A stretch of 41,355 nucleotides of DNA from a candidate division WOR-3 bacterium (GTDB lineage Bacteria > Hydrothermota > Tepidihabitantia > SM23-42 > JAOAFX01), in assembly GCA_039802265.1 (NCBI GenBank), contig JBDRWI010000012.1, positions 1 through 41,355 of the forward strand, written 5' to 3'. The position numbers and the translations under genes were made by a program. Positions within the stretch are counted from its first letter, which is position 1. Each line of letters starts with the position of its first letter. The notes below the pieces were generated by a model that worked only from the letters and a program-made list of their open reading frames with translations, did not search any database and was not told where the DNA came from. Positions 7,095 through 17,440 of this stretch are shown in pieces.

Positions 7095-9173
7095 GTGCGC
7101 CATTTTAGTTTAATCCTGATGTTTTTCGGGGCTCCAATTTTCCTCTTTGCCCGAAACTGGACGGTCCTTGTCTATATGGCTGCAGATAACAGTCTCAGTA
7201 CCTGGGCCGATTCAGATCTGGTTGAAATGGAGAAGATTGGTTCTGACGATAACCTGGCAATAGTTGTCCAGGTTGATAAACCACAGACCGGGGCACGCCG
7301 GCTTTATGTCGCATTCAATCAACTGCAAAACCTCGGTGAGCTCGGCATTATTGATATGTGTGATTGGAAAACCTTGTATAATTTTCTTGAGTGGGGAATG
7401 TCAAATTTTCCTGCCCAACACTACCTTGTTTTTTTATGGGATCACGCTACTGGCTGGACACTTTTAGATGGACGCTCTTTTGGCAGTGATTGGTCAAGCG
7501 GCAACCAGATGGGTGTAGCCGATGGCGAATTGCAGAAGGCATTCCGAAGCCTTTATAATGCTACGGGTAAGAAAGTGGATATCCTTGCCTTTGATGCCTG
7601 TCTTATGCAGCAGATTGAGGTTGCCTGTGAAATAAAGGACTACGCAAAGATTCAGGTAGCACCACAGACTGTATGGCCTCTACTCGGCTTTCCCTATACC
7701 CAGATATTCTCCGTTATACATGAGCATCCGGGCATCAACGAAACCGAACTTGCTGGAAAGATAGTAGATGTCTGCAAAAATTATTATTACGAAATCCAGC
7801 CGATGGCGATATCGGCAATAAATCTTCAGAAACTGGATAAATTCAAAGAAAAGATGGTTGGTGCCCTTGGTAAAATTATGGTCAATGCCCCAGAATCAGG
7901 TATTAAAAATTTGCGAGAAATTGTCCAGACAATTTCTCTGATCAATTCCTCACCCCAGCCAACCGATGATTATGTTGACCTTGGTGATTTCTTGCGACTA
8001 TTAAATGAATATCTTGCATATAGCGAAACTGAAGAACTTTTCAATCAATATAAGGAAATCATCATTGCCCATGGCTACCGGGGAGAAGAATTTAGCAAGA
8101 CCACCGGTCTTACGACCTGGTTTCCCGACCAATATATTGAGTTCAAACAATTGCTTGAACTCTACCTTCAACTTGACTATAGCGTGTTTAAATGGGCAAA
8201 TTTCTTGAACTGGTTCTATGATACTGATGATATTCGACCCACTGATGTTTATCTAACTGCTGGTGAGGTCGGTTCACAAAATGACTTTAGATTATTCTGG
8301 ACCGCTTCCTTTGATCTCGCTCCTATTTTCTATAATATCATTGAATTTAATGATACAACAGAAATATTCTACGACCCCTGTGAGGATTCGGCAAACTGGA
8401 TTCTGGGTGGATTTACCATAAATAATAACGTGGCCCATTCTGGTAATTCTTCGCTCTTTTCTGATGACCACAGCTATCTTAACAATTATGCCCAAACCAA
8501 AGGGAATATCCAACTTGCCGATTACGGAATCTTAGATTTATATCTCAATTATCTTACTGAAGACATGGTTGATTCCTTTGTTATAGAATATGGTGATAAG
8601 CGAGAAGTTTACTATGGCAATTCTAAGGACTGGATAAATTGCCGTATTTTACTCCCGCCCGGTGACTACCCTTTAAAATTCCTGTATCGGACAAACGCCA
8701 GTGTAAATTGTGGTGGTGTATATCTTGATGATGTCAGGGTATACAGACTTTTGAATTCAAAATTCACCCGCAAAGGGATTACTGATACCACAATTTTAAT
8801 CTATAACAAATTAAAAGGGAATTACCGCTTTGCCACATTTGCAACTGATTCTTATGGAAATAGTGGTAATCTTTCCAATCTGGTAACAGTCTCTGTTAAT
8901 GATTACGCTGTACCCTATTGTAATCCAAATCCCTTTATTACCGACTGTGAAATAATCCTCGATTATCCTGATACACTCAAACCGGTTGTTTATATCTATT
9001 CAATTTCGGGGCGTCTGATAAAAAAATTCACTTATGCAGAATTCCAATCCAGCAAAAGAATTCACTGGAATGGAATTGATGAGAAAAATCAACCGGTCGG
9101 GTCCGGACTTTATTTTGTTTTCATCAAAGACCGTTCTTTTAATAAAATAGGAAAGATTGTGAGGCAAAGATGA
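7095..9173 (+). CDS. Secreted clostripain-family (C11) cysteine peptidase with C-terminal FlgD-Ig/T9SS-like domain
   Basis: WTVLVYMAADNSL; His in WDHATGW; Cys in FDACLM; tail PNPF...IYSISGRLI...WNGID...GSGLYF. The track start 7080 lies inside the promoter; in-frame GTG 7095 begins a signal peptide. Confidence 0.85.
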   Translation: MRHFSLILMFFGAPIFLFARNWTVLVYMAADNSLSTWADSDLVEMEKIGSDDNLAIVVQVDKPQTGARRLYVAFNQLQNLGELGIIDMCDWKTLYNFLEWGMSNFPAQHYLVFLWDHATGWTLLDGRSFGSDWSSGNQMGVADGELQKAFRSLYNATGKKVDILAFDACLMQQIEVACEIKDYAKIQVAPQTVWPLLGFPYTQIFSVIHEHPGINETELAGKIVDVCKNYYYEIQPMAISAINLQKLDKFKEKMVGALGKIMVNAPESGIKNLREIVQTISLINSSPQPTDDYVDLGDFLRLLNEYLAYSETEELFNQYKEIIIAHGYRGEEFSKTTGLTTWFPDQYIEFKQLLELYLQLDYSVFKWANFLNWFYDTDDIRPTDVYLTAGEVGSQNDFRLFWTASFDLAPIFYNIIEFNDTTEIFYDPCEDSANWILGGFTINNNVAHSGNSSLFSDDHSYLNNYAQTKGNIQLADYGILDLYLNYLTEDMVDSFVIEYGDKREVYYGNSKDWINCRILLPPGDYPLKFLYRTNASVNCGGVYLDDVRVYRLLNSKFTRKGITDTTILIYNKLKGNYRFATFATDSYGNSGNLSNLVTVSVNDYAVPYCNPNPFITDCEIILDYPDTLKPVVYIYSISGRLIKKFTYAEFQSSKRIHWNGIDEKNQPVGSGLYFVFIKDRSFNKIGKIVRQR

Positions 9174-10048
9174 GAAATCCCGTGATCATTGCCGATGGTG
9201 GGGCAGGAGGAATAAACTTTCCAGCGCGCCGCACCTGGGGATTAAAGAAGGCGGTTAGTATTGGTTATGAAATACTGAAAAATGGAGGTTCAAGCCTGGA
9301 GGCAGTTGAGCGAGCAATAATGGTCCTTGAAGATACTACAATATTCAATGCCGGGACCGGTTCGGTATTGGGACTAACCGGCGAGATTGAAATGGATGCA
9401 GCAATAATGACATCAACCGGTGAATTTGGGGCAGTAGCGGCAATTAGGAATGTCCGCTATCCAATCCAGGTTGCCCGTCTGGTAATGGAAAAGACTGACC
9501 ATCTATTATTGTGTGGTGATGGTGCAACGCGTTTTGCCAGATTAAATGGTATAAAATACTACAACCCCAAAACAAAAGAGAAGGAAAGGATGTGGTTGCG
9601 AGCAAAAAAGAGATTGCAGAGTGATTACTTTTCAAAACTGAAGGAACTGGCGCCGCTTTATGAGACGGTTGGGGTTGTCGCAATGGATAAAAATGGACTA
9701 ATCGTTGCCGGAACCTCAACCGGTGGGATCTCTCTGCATCTACCGGGTCGGGTTGGTGACACACCAATTATTGGTGCGGGGACTTACGCCAATAAGGACG
9801 GAGGAGTAAGTGCTACCGGACACGGTGAGGCAATAATGAGGACACTTCTTGCCTATAAAACCGTTACACTGCTGGCACGGTATCCCGCGCGGATTGCCGC
9901 AAGAAAGGCGATTGAATATGCTACAAGAAATCACTGTCGGGCTGGGCTGATTGGTATTGATAAAAAGGGAGAGATTCTCTGTGTCAATAATACCCAGGCA
10001 ATGTCCTGGTGCTATCTAAAAAATGGTAATTTGAAAACATTCAGATAG
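9170..10048 (+). CDS. iaaA: Isoaspartyl peptidase/L-asparaginase (Ntn hydrolase, asparaginase 2 family)
   Basis: FNAGTGS, EMDAAIM, autocleavage E|TVGVVA, TSTGG, GRVGDTP, SATGHGE; ATGA overlap with the upstream gene. Confidence 0.9.
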   Translation: MRNPVIIADGGAGGINFPARRTWGLKKAVSIGYEILKNGGSSLEAVERAIMVLEDTTIFNAGTGSVLGLTGEIEMDAAIMTSTGEFGAVAAIRNVRYPIQVARLVMEKTDHLLLCGDGATRFARLNGIKYYNPKTKEKERMWLRAKKRLQSDYFSKLKELAPLYETVGVVAMDKNGLIVAGTSTGGISLHLPGRVGDTPIIGAGTYANKDGGVSATGHGEAIMRTLLAYKTVTLLARYPARIAARKAIEYATRNHCRAGLIGIDKKGEILCVNNTQAMSWCYLKNGNLKTFR

Positions 10049-10052
10049 CTCC

Positions 10053-11417
10053 CTATTTTATCCGGCGCTCAGGCTTCACCGATGGCTTTATCTCCCCATT
10101 ATTTGCCCTTCCTATCCCCACCGGCAGGTCTTTAAATTGGATGATAATAAATCCTTTCTGCCCATTTTGAATTCTGATGCTTTCTCCGCTCAAAAATTTC
10201 TTCAATTCCCATTCACGGATCTCATGGAAATTCTTCTTGGCATCCTTACCAAACAACTGAATGAAATCGTTATCGGGCTTAAACTCGTCATCGTAAATCC
10301 AGCCTGCTTCCAGTCCCTTTCTTATATTAGGAAGTTCAAGGAAAGTATAGGCCTCGGCGGTTGAAATAAAGTAGGTTTTATTTCTTTGAAATAGTGCATA
10401 ATTTAAGAATTTCTCCCTGGGAATTGCAAACTGCTGGACCATATTCTCAATTATCCGGTTGTTGAACTCTATCTTACCATAGAATCCGGGGCGGTCTTTT
10501 GGGATTCCCTTCTTTGTTATCTTCGCAATAAAGAAGGGCGCGGTATCATTATCCTGCGGCAGAATTCGGGCACAGAGCTTTACCCGCGTATCAAAACTTT
10601 CATTCTCCCATTTTGTAACTCCGGGTCTGAATTTGAAGTGGGGAATTGTAATGGGTAAAATCTCCGCCTCAGGAAATTTTCTTAATAGATAATCAACCAC
10701 ACCCTCATTCTCTTCCGGGGCAATTGTGCAGGTGGAATAGACCATAATACCACCGCATTTAAGTGACTTAAATCCAGAAACGAGCAAACCCTTTTGAATG
10801 TGGGCCATCTTTTGAATATTCTTTAATCCCCAGTGGTAAAGGACTGCCTTTGACTTTCTTATCGTCCCCTCGCCTGAACAGGGGGCATCGAGCAGGATGC
10901 GGTCAAAGTATTCAGGCAGGATATTACCAATCCTTTCTCCGGGTATTGAAATGATCACTTCATTCAATAGTCCACACCGCTTGACATTATAGACCAGCCC
11001 CCTGATTCTTTTTCCGTTTACTTCATTTGCCACTAAGAGACCGGTATTATTCATCATCTGTCCGAGCTGGGTTGTCTTTGAACCCGGGGCAGCACAGAGG
11101 TCAAGAATCACCTCATTCGGTTTTGGATCAAGGACAATTGCCGGAATCATTGATGCAGCCTCCTGGACATATATCATCCCCAGTTGATGCGTGTAGTGAT
11201 TACCCAGGGGAAACCTTTCAGGAATTGAAAAACCATCGGCATAGAAAATCAAAGGCCGGGGATTGAATTCCTTAAGAAAATTTAAAACCTTTTCTTTACT
11301 ACATTTTATCGTATTAATACGGAATGTAAGGACGGGCGGTTTACTCAGGACTGCCAGAAATTCCTTGAAGTCGTCAATGATACGAGTATACCTTGAATAT
11401 AATTGTTCAATATTCAT
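10053..11417 (-). CDS. rsmF: RsmB/NOP2-family RNA m5C methyltransferase, RsmF-like
   Basis: QEAASM, DLCAAPGSKTT, DAPCSGEG, YSTCT; RsmF-type C-terminal extension. Confidence 0.85.
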   Translation of the reverse strand: MNIEQLYSRYTRIIDDFKEFLAVLSKPPVLTFRINTIKCSKEKVLNFLKEFNPRPLIFYADGFSIPERFPLGNHYTHQLGMIYVQEAASMIPAIVLDPKPNEVILDLCAAPGSKTTQLGQMMNNTGLLVANEVNGKRIRGLVYNVKRCGLLNEVIISIPGERIGNILPEYFDRILLDAPCSGEGTIRKSKAVLYHWGLKNIQKMAHIQKGLLVSGFKSLKCGGIMVYSTCTIAPEENEGVVDYLLRKFPEAEILPITIPHFKFRPGVTKWENESFDTRVKLCARILPQDNDTAPFFIAKITKKGIPKDRPGFYGKIEFNNRIIENMVQQFAIPREKFLNYALFQRNKTYFISTAEAYTFLELPNIRKGLEAGWIYDDEFKPDNDFIQLFGKDAKKNFHEIREWELKKFLSGESIRIQNGQKGFIIIQFKDLPVGIGRANNGEIKPSVKPERRIK

Positions 11418-11422
11418 ATCCG

Positions 11423-11450
11423 ATTATATAAATTAACACCGCTCAGTCAA
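11423..11450 (-). promoter_or_regulatory. sigma70 promoter TTGACT-N16-TATAAT, leaderless to ATG 11417
   Basis: AGTCAA 11445-11450, ATTATA 11423-11428; 5 nt to ATG. Confidence 0.78.
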
Positions 11451-11571
11451 GATAGTCATTGAGAATAATTTTCCACTTTCTGAAACTTAAATTCCCAGTA
11501 CTATACCCCTTTAACCCTCATCATTTCACAAACTAATTTTAACCAAATTTTTCAAATTCAGCCCCAGACTA

Positions 11572-11599
11572 TTGACATTGAAAGAAATTTATGTAAAAT
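11572..11599 (+). promoter_or_regulatory. sigma70 promoter TTGACA-N16-TAAAAT
   Basis: TTGACA 11572-11577, TAAAAT 11594-11599; GTG start 7 nt later with no SD. Confidence 0.75.
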
Positions 11600-11606
11600 A
11601 ATAATT

Positions 11607-13466
11607 GTGAAGACCGCAATTAAGTTATTAAAAGTTTTTTTGGCAAAGGATGGAATAAAGGTAAAAAATATCGTCATCTGTGTTAATGATATTCCCGTAT
11701 TAGCCTCAAGCAAGAATCGTTATCTTGTTGGGTTGTGCAGTAAGGCAGGAATGTACTACAAAAACTATTACATTATCCGAAGAAAAAATAAAGTGTTAAT
11801 ATTTGAAACTACGCCCAAGTATTTTACAAGGTTGTCAGGATTAATAAAGAAATCCAGCCATTCAATCTGGCCCTTAATAGATTTATTTGAAGAAAACTAT
11901 TATAATAAAAAGATTTTAGGAATCATCCAGAAGATAAAAACCACCCAGGATGTCAACCGGATATTTGATGACATCTTAAATGCAATCTGCAGATTGATTC
12001 GTGTTAGCCTCGGGGCAGTTGCAGTATATGACAAGGCAACAAATACAATTGGTGCAATGGAACCCGGGTATAATGTTTCACCGGAAGAGATAAAATTTTT
12101 CAGGTTTGAACTGGTAAAGAAATCCGCAGCATACCAGGCACTCAGAAAGAGAACTACTTACTATACAAATAACGCAATTGATGACCCCTATTTTATTAAA
12201 AAATTTGTTGAACATTACAATGCCCAAAAGATTGCCTGTACACCCTTGTTCGCTGATGGAGAACTCTTCGGCTTTATCTATCTGGTTAGAAAGGACACAC
12301 TGCCACCATTTTCAAAGGGTGAAATTGAAACACTTGATTATATTGCCGAGCATATCGGCTGGCTCTTAAAGACCATAAAGGCAGCCGATGATTTGAAAAA
12401 GCATACCAGGGCATTATTGAACTTAGAGAGTGCCAGCAGGGCCATTACCAGTTCTATAGAACTTACTGATATATTCAACCTCATTGTCCGGGTCTGTCAG
12501 GAACTACTTGATGCCGATGGTGCATCCTTAATGACACTTGATAAGGAACGGAATGGCTATTCAATCAGGTCCGCAGTAGGGATAAGCAAGAATTACATTA
12601 TGAAACAATTTCTCAAGCGTCAGGACTATTTATCATATTTGAGAAAATATGGTTCTGGAGTGAGTATTTTAAAAAAACCGGCCGAAGAATGTATCGGTGA
12701 CCGCAATTTAATTATAAAAGAAAAAATCGCAGCAATCACCTCGGTTCCCTTGATAAGAGAGAAAGAAGTAATTGGGATTATAAATATCTACTTCAGGAAG
12801 CCAAAACATTTTACCGCCGAAGATAATGAAATTCTTAAATTATTTGCCCTGGAATCGGTGATTGCCATACATAATGCTGAATTATATCAAGGTGTCGTTA
12901 AGACTACCCAGGATATAATAAAGATGCTCGGTCAACTGGAGGCCGAGAAAGACATATATACGACAAATCATTCTGATGATGTAGCAAAACTGGCTGTTGA
13001 AATTGGCCGACGCCTTAACCTATCGGTAAGTGAGTTGGAGAAGATAAAAATTGCCGGGATACTCCATGACATTGGTAAGATTGCATTAGACCGCTGCCTC
13101 CTGCAGAAAAAAGAAAAATTAACCGATAATGACTGGGAAGAGTTAAGAAGACATCCAATAATCGGTAAAAGGATTATTGAGCAGGTGAATTCCCTAAAAG
13201 AAGTTGATACATATGTATACTATCACCACGAGAGATTTGATGGAAAAGGCTATCCACTCGGTCTACAAGGAGAAAAAATCCCGCTCGGTGCGCGCATCCT
13301 GGCAATCGCTGATGCAGTGGCGGCAATGTTATCAGATAGACCCTATCGCCAGGCGATGTCTCTACAGGAGGTAATTCAGGAATTGCTCAAGGAAAAGGGA
13401 AGACAATTTGACCCTAAACTTGTTGACATTACAATAGCGATTCTTAAATCACAGAATATATTTTGA
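11607..13466 (+). CDS. GAF-GAF-HD-GYP cyclic dinucleotide phosphodiesterase
   Basis: HSDDVA, GILHDIGK, HHERFDGKGYP, ARILAIADA and DRPYR; two GAF-like repeats (CTPLFADGELFG, SVPLIREKEVIG). Confidence 0.9.
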   Translation: MKTAIKLLKVFLAKDGIKVKNIVICVNDIPVLASSKNRYLVGLCSKAGMYYKNYYIIRRKNKVLIFETTPKYFTRLSGLIKKSSHSIWPLIDLFEENYYNKKILGIIQKIKTTQDVNRIFDDILNAICRLIRVSLGAVAVYDKATNTIGAMEPGYNVSPEEIKFFRFELVKKSAAYQALRKRTTYYTNNAIDDPYFIKKFVEHYNAQKIACTPLFADGELFGFIYLVRKDTLPPFSKGEIETLDYIAEHIGWLLKTIKAADDLKKHTRALLNLESASRAITSSIELTDIFNLIVRVCQELLDADGASLMTLDKERNGYSIRSAVGISKNYIMKQFLKRQDYLSYLRKYGSGVSILKKPAEECIGDRNLIIKEKIAAITSVPLIREKEVIGIINIYFRKPKHFTAEDNEILKLFALESVIAIHNAELYQGVVKTTQDIIKMLGQLEAEKDIYTTNHSDDVAKLAVEIGRRLNLSVSELEKIKIAGILHDIGKIALDRCLLQKKEKLTDNDWEELRRHPIIGKRIIEQVNSLKEVDTYVYYHHERFDGKGYPLGLQGEKIPLGARILAIADAVAAMLSDRPYRQAMSLQEVIQELLKEKGRQFDPKLVDITIAILKSQNIF

Positions 13467-13482
13467 ATCCAAAATAGGCATA

Positions 13483-14463
13483 TTATCTAAAGGTCAGGCC
13501 TAACCCAAGGTCGTGGGTATTGTAGTGGGTTAAGAGATTATAGTCATAATGGAGATAGAATATTCCCAACCTTAGAGTGAAACCCAATATTGCGCGATAA
13601 TTATTCTGGGCGGTTATTTCTACATCTACCTTATCCTTCACCTTAATTCGGTCACCCGGGCCACCTGCAGGATCCGGTATTTCGTATTCAAAGTCATATT
13701 TAAAGTAAACCTTGGTTCCTTCAAGACCAAAGCCGATCATCGGCTCAAAGGCAATTAAGTTTTTGGAAATGACCAGTTGAAGATTCCAGGTCTGGCTGCT
13801 GACAATCGTATAATCAAGTGAATCCTGGATAGCAAAATATTGAAGTGCAAAACCAAGGCCAATGTCTACCGGTAATGGAACGCTCTTCATAAAGGGAAGT
13901 CCATTAATGTGCTGTTTTATTCCATATCCCAGAAAGCTTACTCTTGAACCCTTGAATGTAAATGGCAGATATCTTAACATTAACTCAGACCCCATAAATA
14001 GTCCAAGATTTAGATGGGGCAATGCCAGTGGTACACCCGAGAGATTGAATCCCCCGGGTATAAATGGTGGAATGCCGACTGCATTTCCTGAGACCGGAAC
14101 AGTGGTTTCATTTTTGGGTCCAAAGATTGTGCTGATACTATCAATCTTTAAAGAATTATATACTAAAGAATCATTCGCAAGAGAACAGACCAGAACTGTA
14201 CCATCAAAGTAGCGGGCAAATTCCGGAACCTGGATATACATAACCCTTACGCCGAGGTCAAAACCCAGTGTCTTATGACTACGCGCGGATGTGAAAAGAC
14301 CGGTGGAGACACCTGTACCAAAGGAGGTAATCAATGGTTGAGAATAACCTTCAAGGAGCCTCTCACCCACACTTTTTATCCTTTCCGCCAGCGGTAGATA
14401 TTCTTCTTGGGCAAAAAGGAATGTTATTGTTATAAACCCGACCAGATATTTGGTTATCTTCAT
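13483..14463 (-). CDS. Secreted, probable outer-membrane beta-barrel protein (DUF6588-like)
   Basis: Signal peptide, amphipathic beta-strands, C-terminal LGLGLTFR. Family recalled from memory, not searched. Confidence 0.55.
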   Translation of the reverse strand: MKITKYLVGFITITFLFAQEEYLPLAERIKSVGERLLEGYSQPLITSFGTGVSTGLFTSARSHKTLGFDLGVRVMYIQVPEFARYFDGTVLVCSLANDSLVYNSLKIDSISTIFGPKNETTVPVSGNAVGIPPFIPGGFNLSGVPLALPHLNLGLFMGSELMLRYLPFTFKGSRVSFLGYGIKQHINGLPFMKSVPLPVDIGLGFALQYFAIQDSLDYTIVSSQTWNLQLVISKNLIAFEPMIGFGLEGTKVYFKYDFEYEIPDPAGGPGDRIKVKDKVDVEITAQNNYRAILGFTLRLGIFYLHYDYNLLTHYNTHDLGLGLTFR

Positions 14464-14470
14464 AATTTTA

Positions 14471-14498
14471 AGTTTATATAAAATATCCTCCTTGTCAA
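14471..14498 (-). promoter_or_regulatory. sigma70 promoter TTGACA-N16-TAAACT
   Basis: TGTCAA 14493-14498, AGTTTA 14471-14476; ATG 7 nt downstream with no SD. Confidence 0.65.
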
Positions 14499-14514
14499 TA
14501 TTCGCTTTTAAGTG

Positions 14515-14542
14515 TTGACAACAGTAATTTTTCAGGTATAAT
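14515..14542 (+). promoter_or_regulatory. sigma70 promoter TTGACA-N16-TATAAT for the wza operon
   Basis: TTGACA 14515-14520, TATAAT 14537-14542. Confidence 0.8.
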
Positions 14543-14553
14543 ATAACATTATT

Positions 14554-15126
14554 ATGGATAGCTATCTAATATTGTTGACCCTCTGTGTAGTTTTTCTACA
14601 ACCCAATGATGCAGTTGAAGTTGAGATCTGGCACCAACCTAATTTGAGTGGGAAATATTTTGTTGATGGTGATACCAATCTGAATATTCCCCTTTTGGGA
14701 AAACTCTCGCTAAGGGGAATTGATACCGATTCGCTGGAAAGGTTTCTTGCTGCTGAATTCCATAAATATTATGGGGATATCTTTTTGACCATCACCTTTT
14801 ATTATCGGGTCAGCATATTTGGTGAAGTAAAACTACCGGGTAGTTATTATCTAAAGCACAAAGATAACCTAACTAATCTCCTTGCCCAGGCAGGCGGACC
14901 GACCGAAGCGGGGGATTTAAGAAAGATACGCATTCTGAATCTTGGAAAAGAGAGGATTGTCAATTTTGAAAGGATTTTAAAGAAGGGAAAAGAAATTGAA
15001 GAATTGAATGTAAACCCGGGGGATGTAGTAATTGTACCAAGGAGATTTATGCCGGCATTACAGGAATGGTCAGTTATCTTTACCATTGGTACATTGCTTT
15101 TACAATTATATTCAGCGATGAAATGA
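14554..15126 (+). CDS. wza: Short Wza-like polysaccharide export protein (Poly_export + SLBB)
   Basis: LQPND...LNIPLLG, VSIFGEVKLPGSY, AGGPT, PGDVVIVP; C-terminal amphipathic helix; precedes wzc. Confidence 0.8.
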   Translation: MDSYLILLTLCVVFLQPNDAVEVEIWHQPNLSGKYFVDGDTNLNIPLLGKLSLRGIDTDSLERFLAAEFHKYYGDIFLTITFYYRVSIFGEVKLPGSYYLKHKDNLTNLLAQAGGPTEAGDLRKIRILNLGKERIVNFERILKKGKEIEELNVNPGDVVIVPRRFMPALQEWSVIFTIGTLLLQLYSAMK

Positions 15127-17435
15127 AAAGAGAAACAAACTTTCAGGATTATCTTGATGTAATAATAAAAAGGCGTTGGTTAATTATCGCCTGTGCCATT
15201 GTAACCACCTTAGGAGCGCTGCTGGGTAGCCTGCGGTCGCCCAAAATCTACCAGGCACAGGTGAAATTCAAACTGGACCTTTCGCAGACCAAGCCTACTT
15301 TCTTTAGCGAATTTTATACACCCCAGCGCATTGACCCGGTAGAAAGCGAATTGGAGATAATCCGGAGCCGGGCAATCGCCCGTTCCGTAGTTAAAAAACT
15401 GGGATTAAATCTGATACTGAAAGACAATAAGAGAACGCTCTTCGATTCTGTGCAGGTCTCAGAAAATGCCCGAACCGGGAGATATTTTTTAAAAATGGAG
15501 AACGGAGAGTTCATTCTTTCAACGAATGGTGGAGAAATAGTTGGAAGGGGAAGTGTCGGAAAATTGTTTGATAATGGAGAAATTAAATTCCTCTTAAAAC
15601 AGCATCCAAGAGAAAACCTTGAGTTCACAATCGTTCCCCTGGAAAGAGCAACGGATGATTTGCTTGCTTATATCTCTGCGAATCAGATAAGAAATACCGA
15701 TCTGGTGCTTTTAAAGGTAAAATACTTCCTTCCTGAACTCGCTGCACTGATAGCCAATACCATTGCCCAGGAGTATATAAAATATTCCCTGGAGACCATT
15801 CGGGAATCAGCCCGTGGTTCCAAAGAGTTTATCGAAAGCCAAATAGCAATCTTTGGTCTTGAACTGGACAGTGCCGAAGAGAAACTCCGGCATTTCAAGC
15901 AAACCTCCGGGGTCTTTCTTCTCAGTGAAACGGCCGAGGGGATAATTTCGTCACTCGCCCATTTTGAAACCGAGAAAGAAAAGGCGGTGGTTGAATTGCA
16001 TGAAGCAGAAACGAGCATAAAAAAACTTGAGGCCGAATTATCCCGTGATGAGGCAAGTTATGGTGCCTACAAAAGAATGGCTTCCTTTCCTACAATTTCC
16101 AATAGTCCCCTAATCCTGAATTTAAAAGAACAATTAAAAAACCTTGAATTGCAAAGACAGGAGTATCTGCTTGATGAAACTAAATCAAGAGAATTGAAAA
16201 ATGTTGAAGAAAAGATCGAAGAGATTAAAGAGGAGATAAATAAGGTAACCAGGCAGATTGCCCTTGCGGGTCCTTCAATTGATGACCCGATTTTCCAGTC
16301 AATTATAACCAGTATAATGAATAACGAAACAAAGGCATTTGCCCTCCAGAGTCGAATTGAGGCGCTGAATCAAATTATTAATCGCTATAATTTGCGGCTG
16401 AAACAATTGCCGGAGGCAGAGGTCAACCTTGCCCAGCTTGAACGCCAAAAGAAGGCAAACGAAGAAATCTATACAATGCTTTTAAGTAAACTTGAGGAGT
16501 CCAAGATTGCAGAAGCAATGCAGATAAGTGATGCAAAGATCATTGACTATGCCATTACACCCGATTTTCCAGTTGAACCGAGGGTAAGGCAGACCACGGT
16601 CTTCGGTTTACTACTGGGTTTACTTATCGGTGTTGTTGGTGCATTTTTGTTGGATTATTTAGATACCTCGATCAAGGATGTCAAAGAGATAGAAGAGATT
16701 ACCGGCATTTCTGTTCTGGCCACAATTCCGAAGATGCAGGATAATCGGACAGAACAAATTCCCGTACTTATAGATTCCAATTCTGAAGCCAGCGAGTCTT
16801 ACCGGATTTTAAGAACCAACCTCCTCTTTGCGGCAGCAGCCAAACCATTAAAATCTTTACTCGTCACCTCTACCGCCCCCCAGGAGGGCAAGACAACAAC
16901 CATCATCAACCTGGGCATTATCTTCACCCAGACCGGTTCAAATGTATTGATCTTGGACTGTGATTTTCGTAGACCAATGCTACATCGTTATTTTAAAAAC
17001 CTGGTGCAGAATAACAACCACGGTTTGTCAGATGTTCTGGTAAATCGCATTAAATTAAAAGATGCAATAATCACCTGTCCCAAGACAAATCTCAAATTTA
17101 TAACCAGCGGTACAATCCCCTCCAATCCTGCTGAATTACTCGGCTCACCAAGAATGGAAAATCTATTAAATGAATTGAGAGAAGATTTTGATATATTGCT
17201 CATCGACGCCCCACCGGCATTAGGACTGGCTGATGCCCGTGTGTTGGGTAAACTATGCGATGGCATATTGATTGTTATCCGTTCGGGAAAGACTAACCGG
17301 GATGCAGTTATAGAGATTAAAGAAGAACTACAAAGGGCAGGCGAAAAGATTGTTGGCTATGTCCTCAATGGAATTGACATTACCCATCGCTACCATCGCC
17401 ATCGTTATTACTATTATCATCATCCCACTTCATAA
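15123..17435 (+). CDS. wzc: Wzc-type polysaccharide co-polymerase / BY tyrosine kinase
   Basis: Two TM segments, periplasmic coiled coil, Walker A PQEGKTT, ILDCD, IDAPP, C-terminal Tyr cluster. Start at ATG 15123 (ATGA overlap) rather than 15066. Confidence 0.92.
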   Translation: MKRETNFQDYLDVIIKRRWLIIACAIVTTLGALLGSLRSPKIYQAQVKFKLDLSQTKPTFFSEFYTPQRIDPVESELEIIRSRAIARSVVKKLGLNLILKDNKRTLFDSVQVSENARTGRYFLKMENGEFILSTNGGEIVGRGSVGKLFDNGEIKFLLKQHPRENLEFTIVPLERATDDLLAYISANQIRNTDLVLLKVKYFLPELAALIANTIAQEYIKYSLETIRESARGSKEFIESQIAIFGLELDSAEEKLRHFKQTSGVFLLSETAEGIISSLAHFETEKEKAVVELHEAETSIKKLEAELSRDEASYGAYKRMASFPTISNSPLILNLKEQLKNLELQRQEYLLDETKSRELKNVEEKIEEIKEEINKVTRQIALAGPSIDDPIFQSIITSIMNNETKAFALQSRIEALNQIINRYNLRLKQLPEAEVNLAQLERQKKANEEIYTMLLSKLEESKIAEAMQISDAKIIDYAITPDFPVEPRVRQTTVFGLLLGLLIGVVGAFLLDYLDTSIKDVKEIEEITGISVLATIPKMQDNRTEQIPVLIDSNSEASESYRILRTNLLFAAAAKPLKSLLVTSTAPQEGKTTTIINLGIIFTQTGSNVLILDCDFRRPMLHRYFKNLVQNNNHGLSDVLVNRIKLKDAIITCPKTNLKFITSGTIPSNPAELLGSPRMENLLNELREDFDILLIDAPPALGLADARVLGKLCDGILIVIRSGKTNRDAVIEIKEELQRAGEKIVGYVLNGIDITHRYHRHRYYYYHHPTS

Positions 17436-17440
17436 GTTGA

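Noticed and set aside
17383..17423. Short CCATCG/TAT/CAT microrepeats at the wzc 3' end as a phase-variable tract
   Set aside because: They are imperfect and explained by the His/Arg/Tyr codons of the kinase tail.
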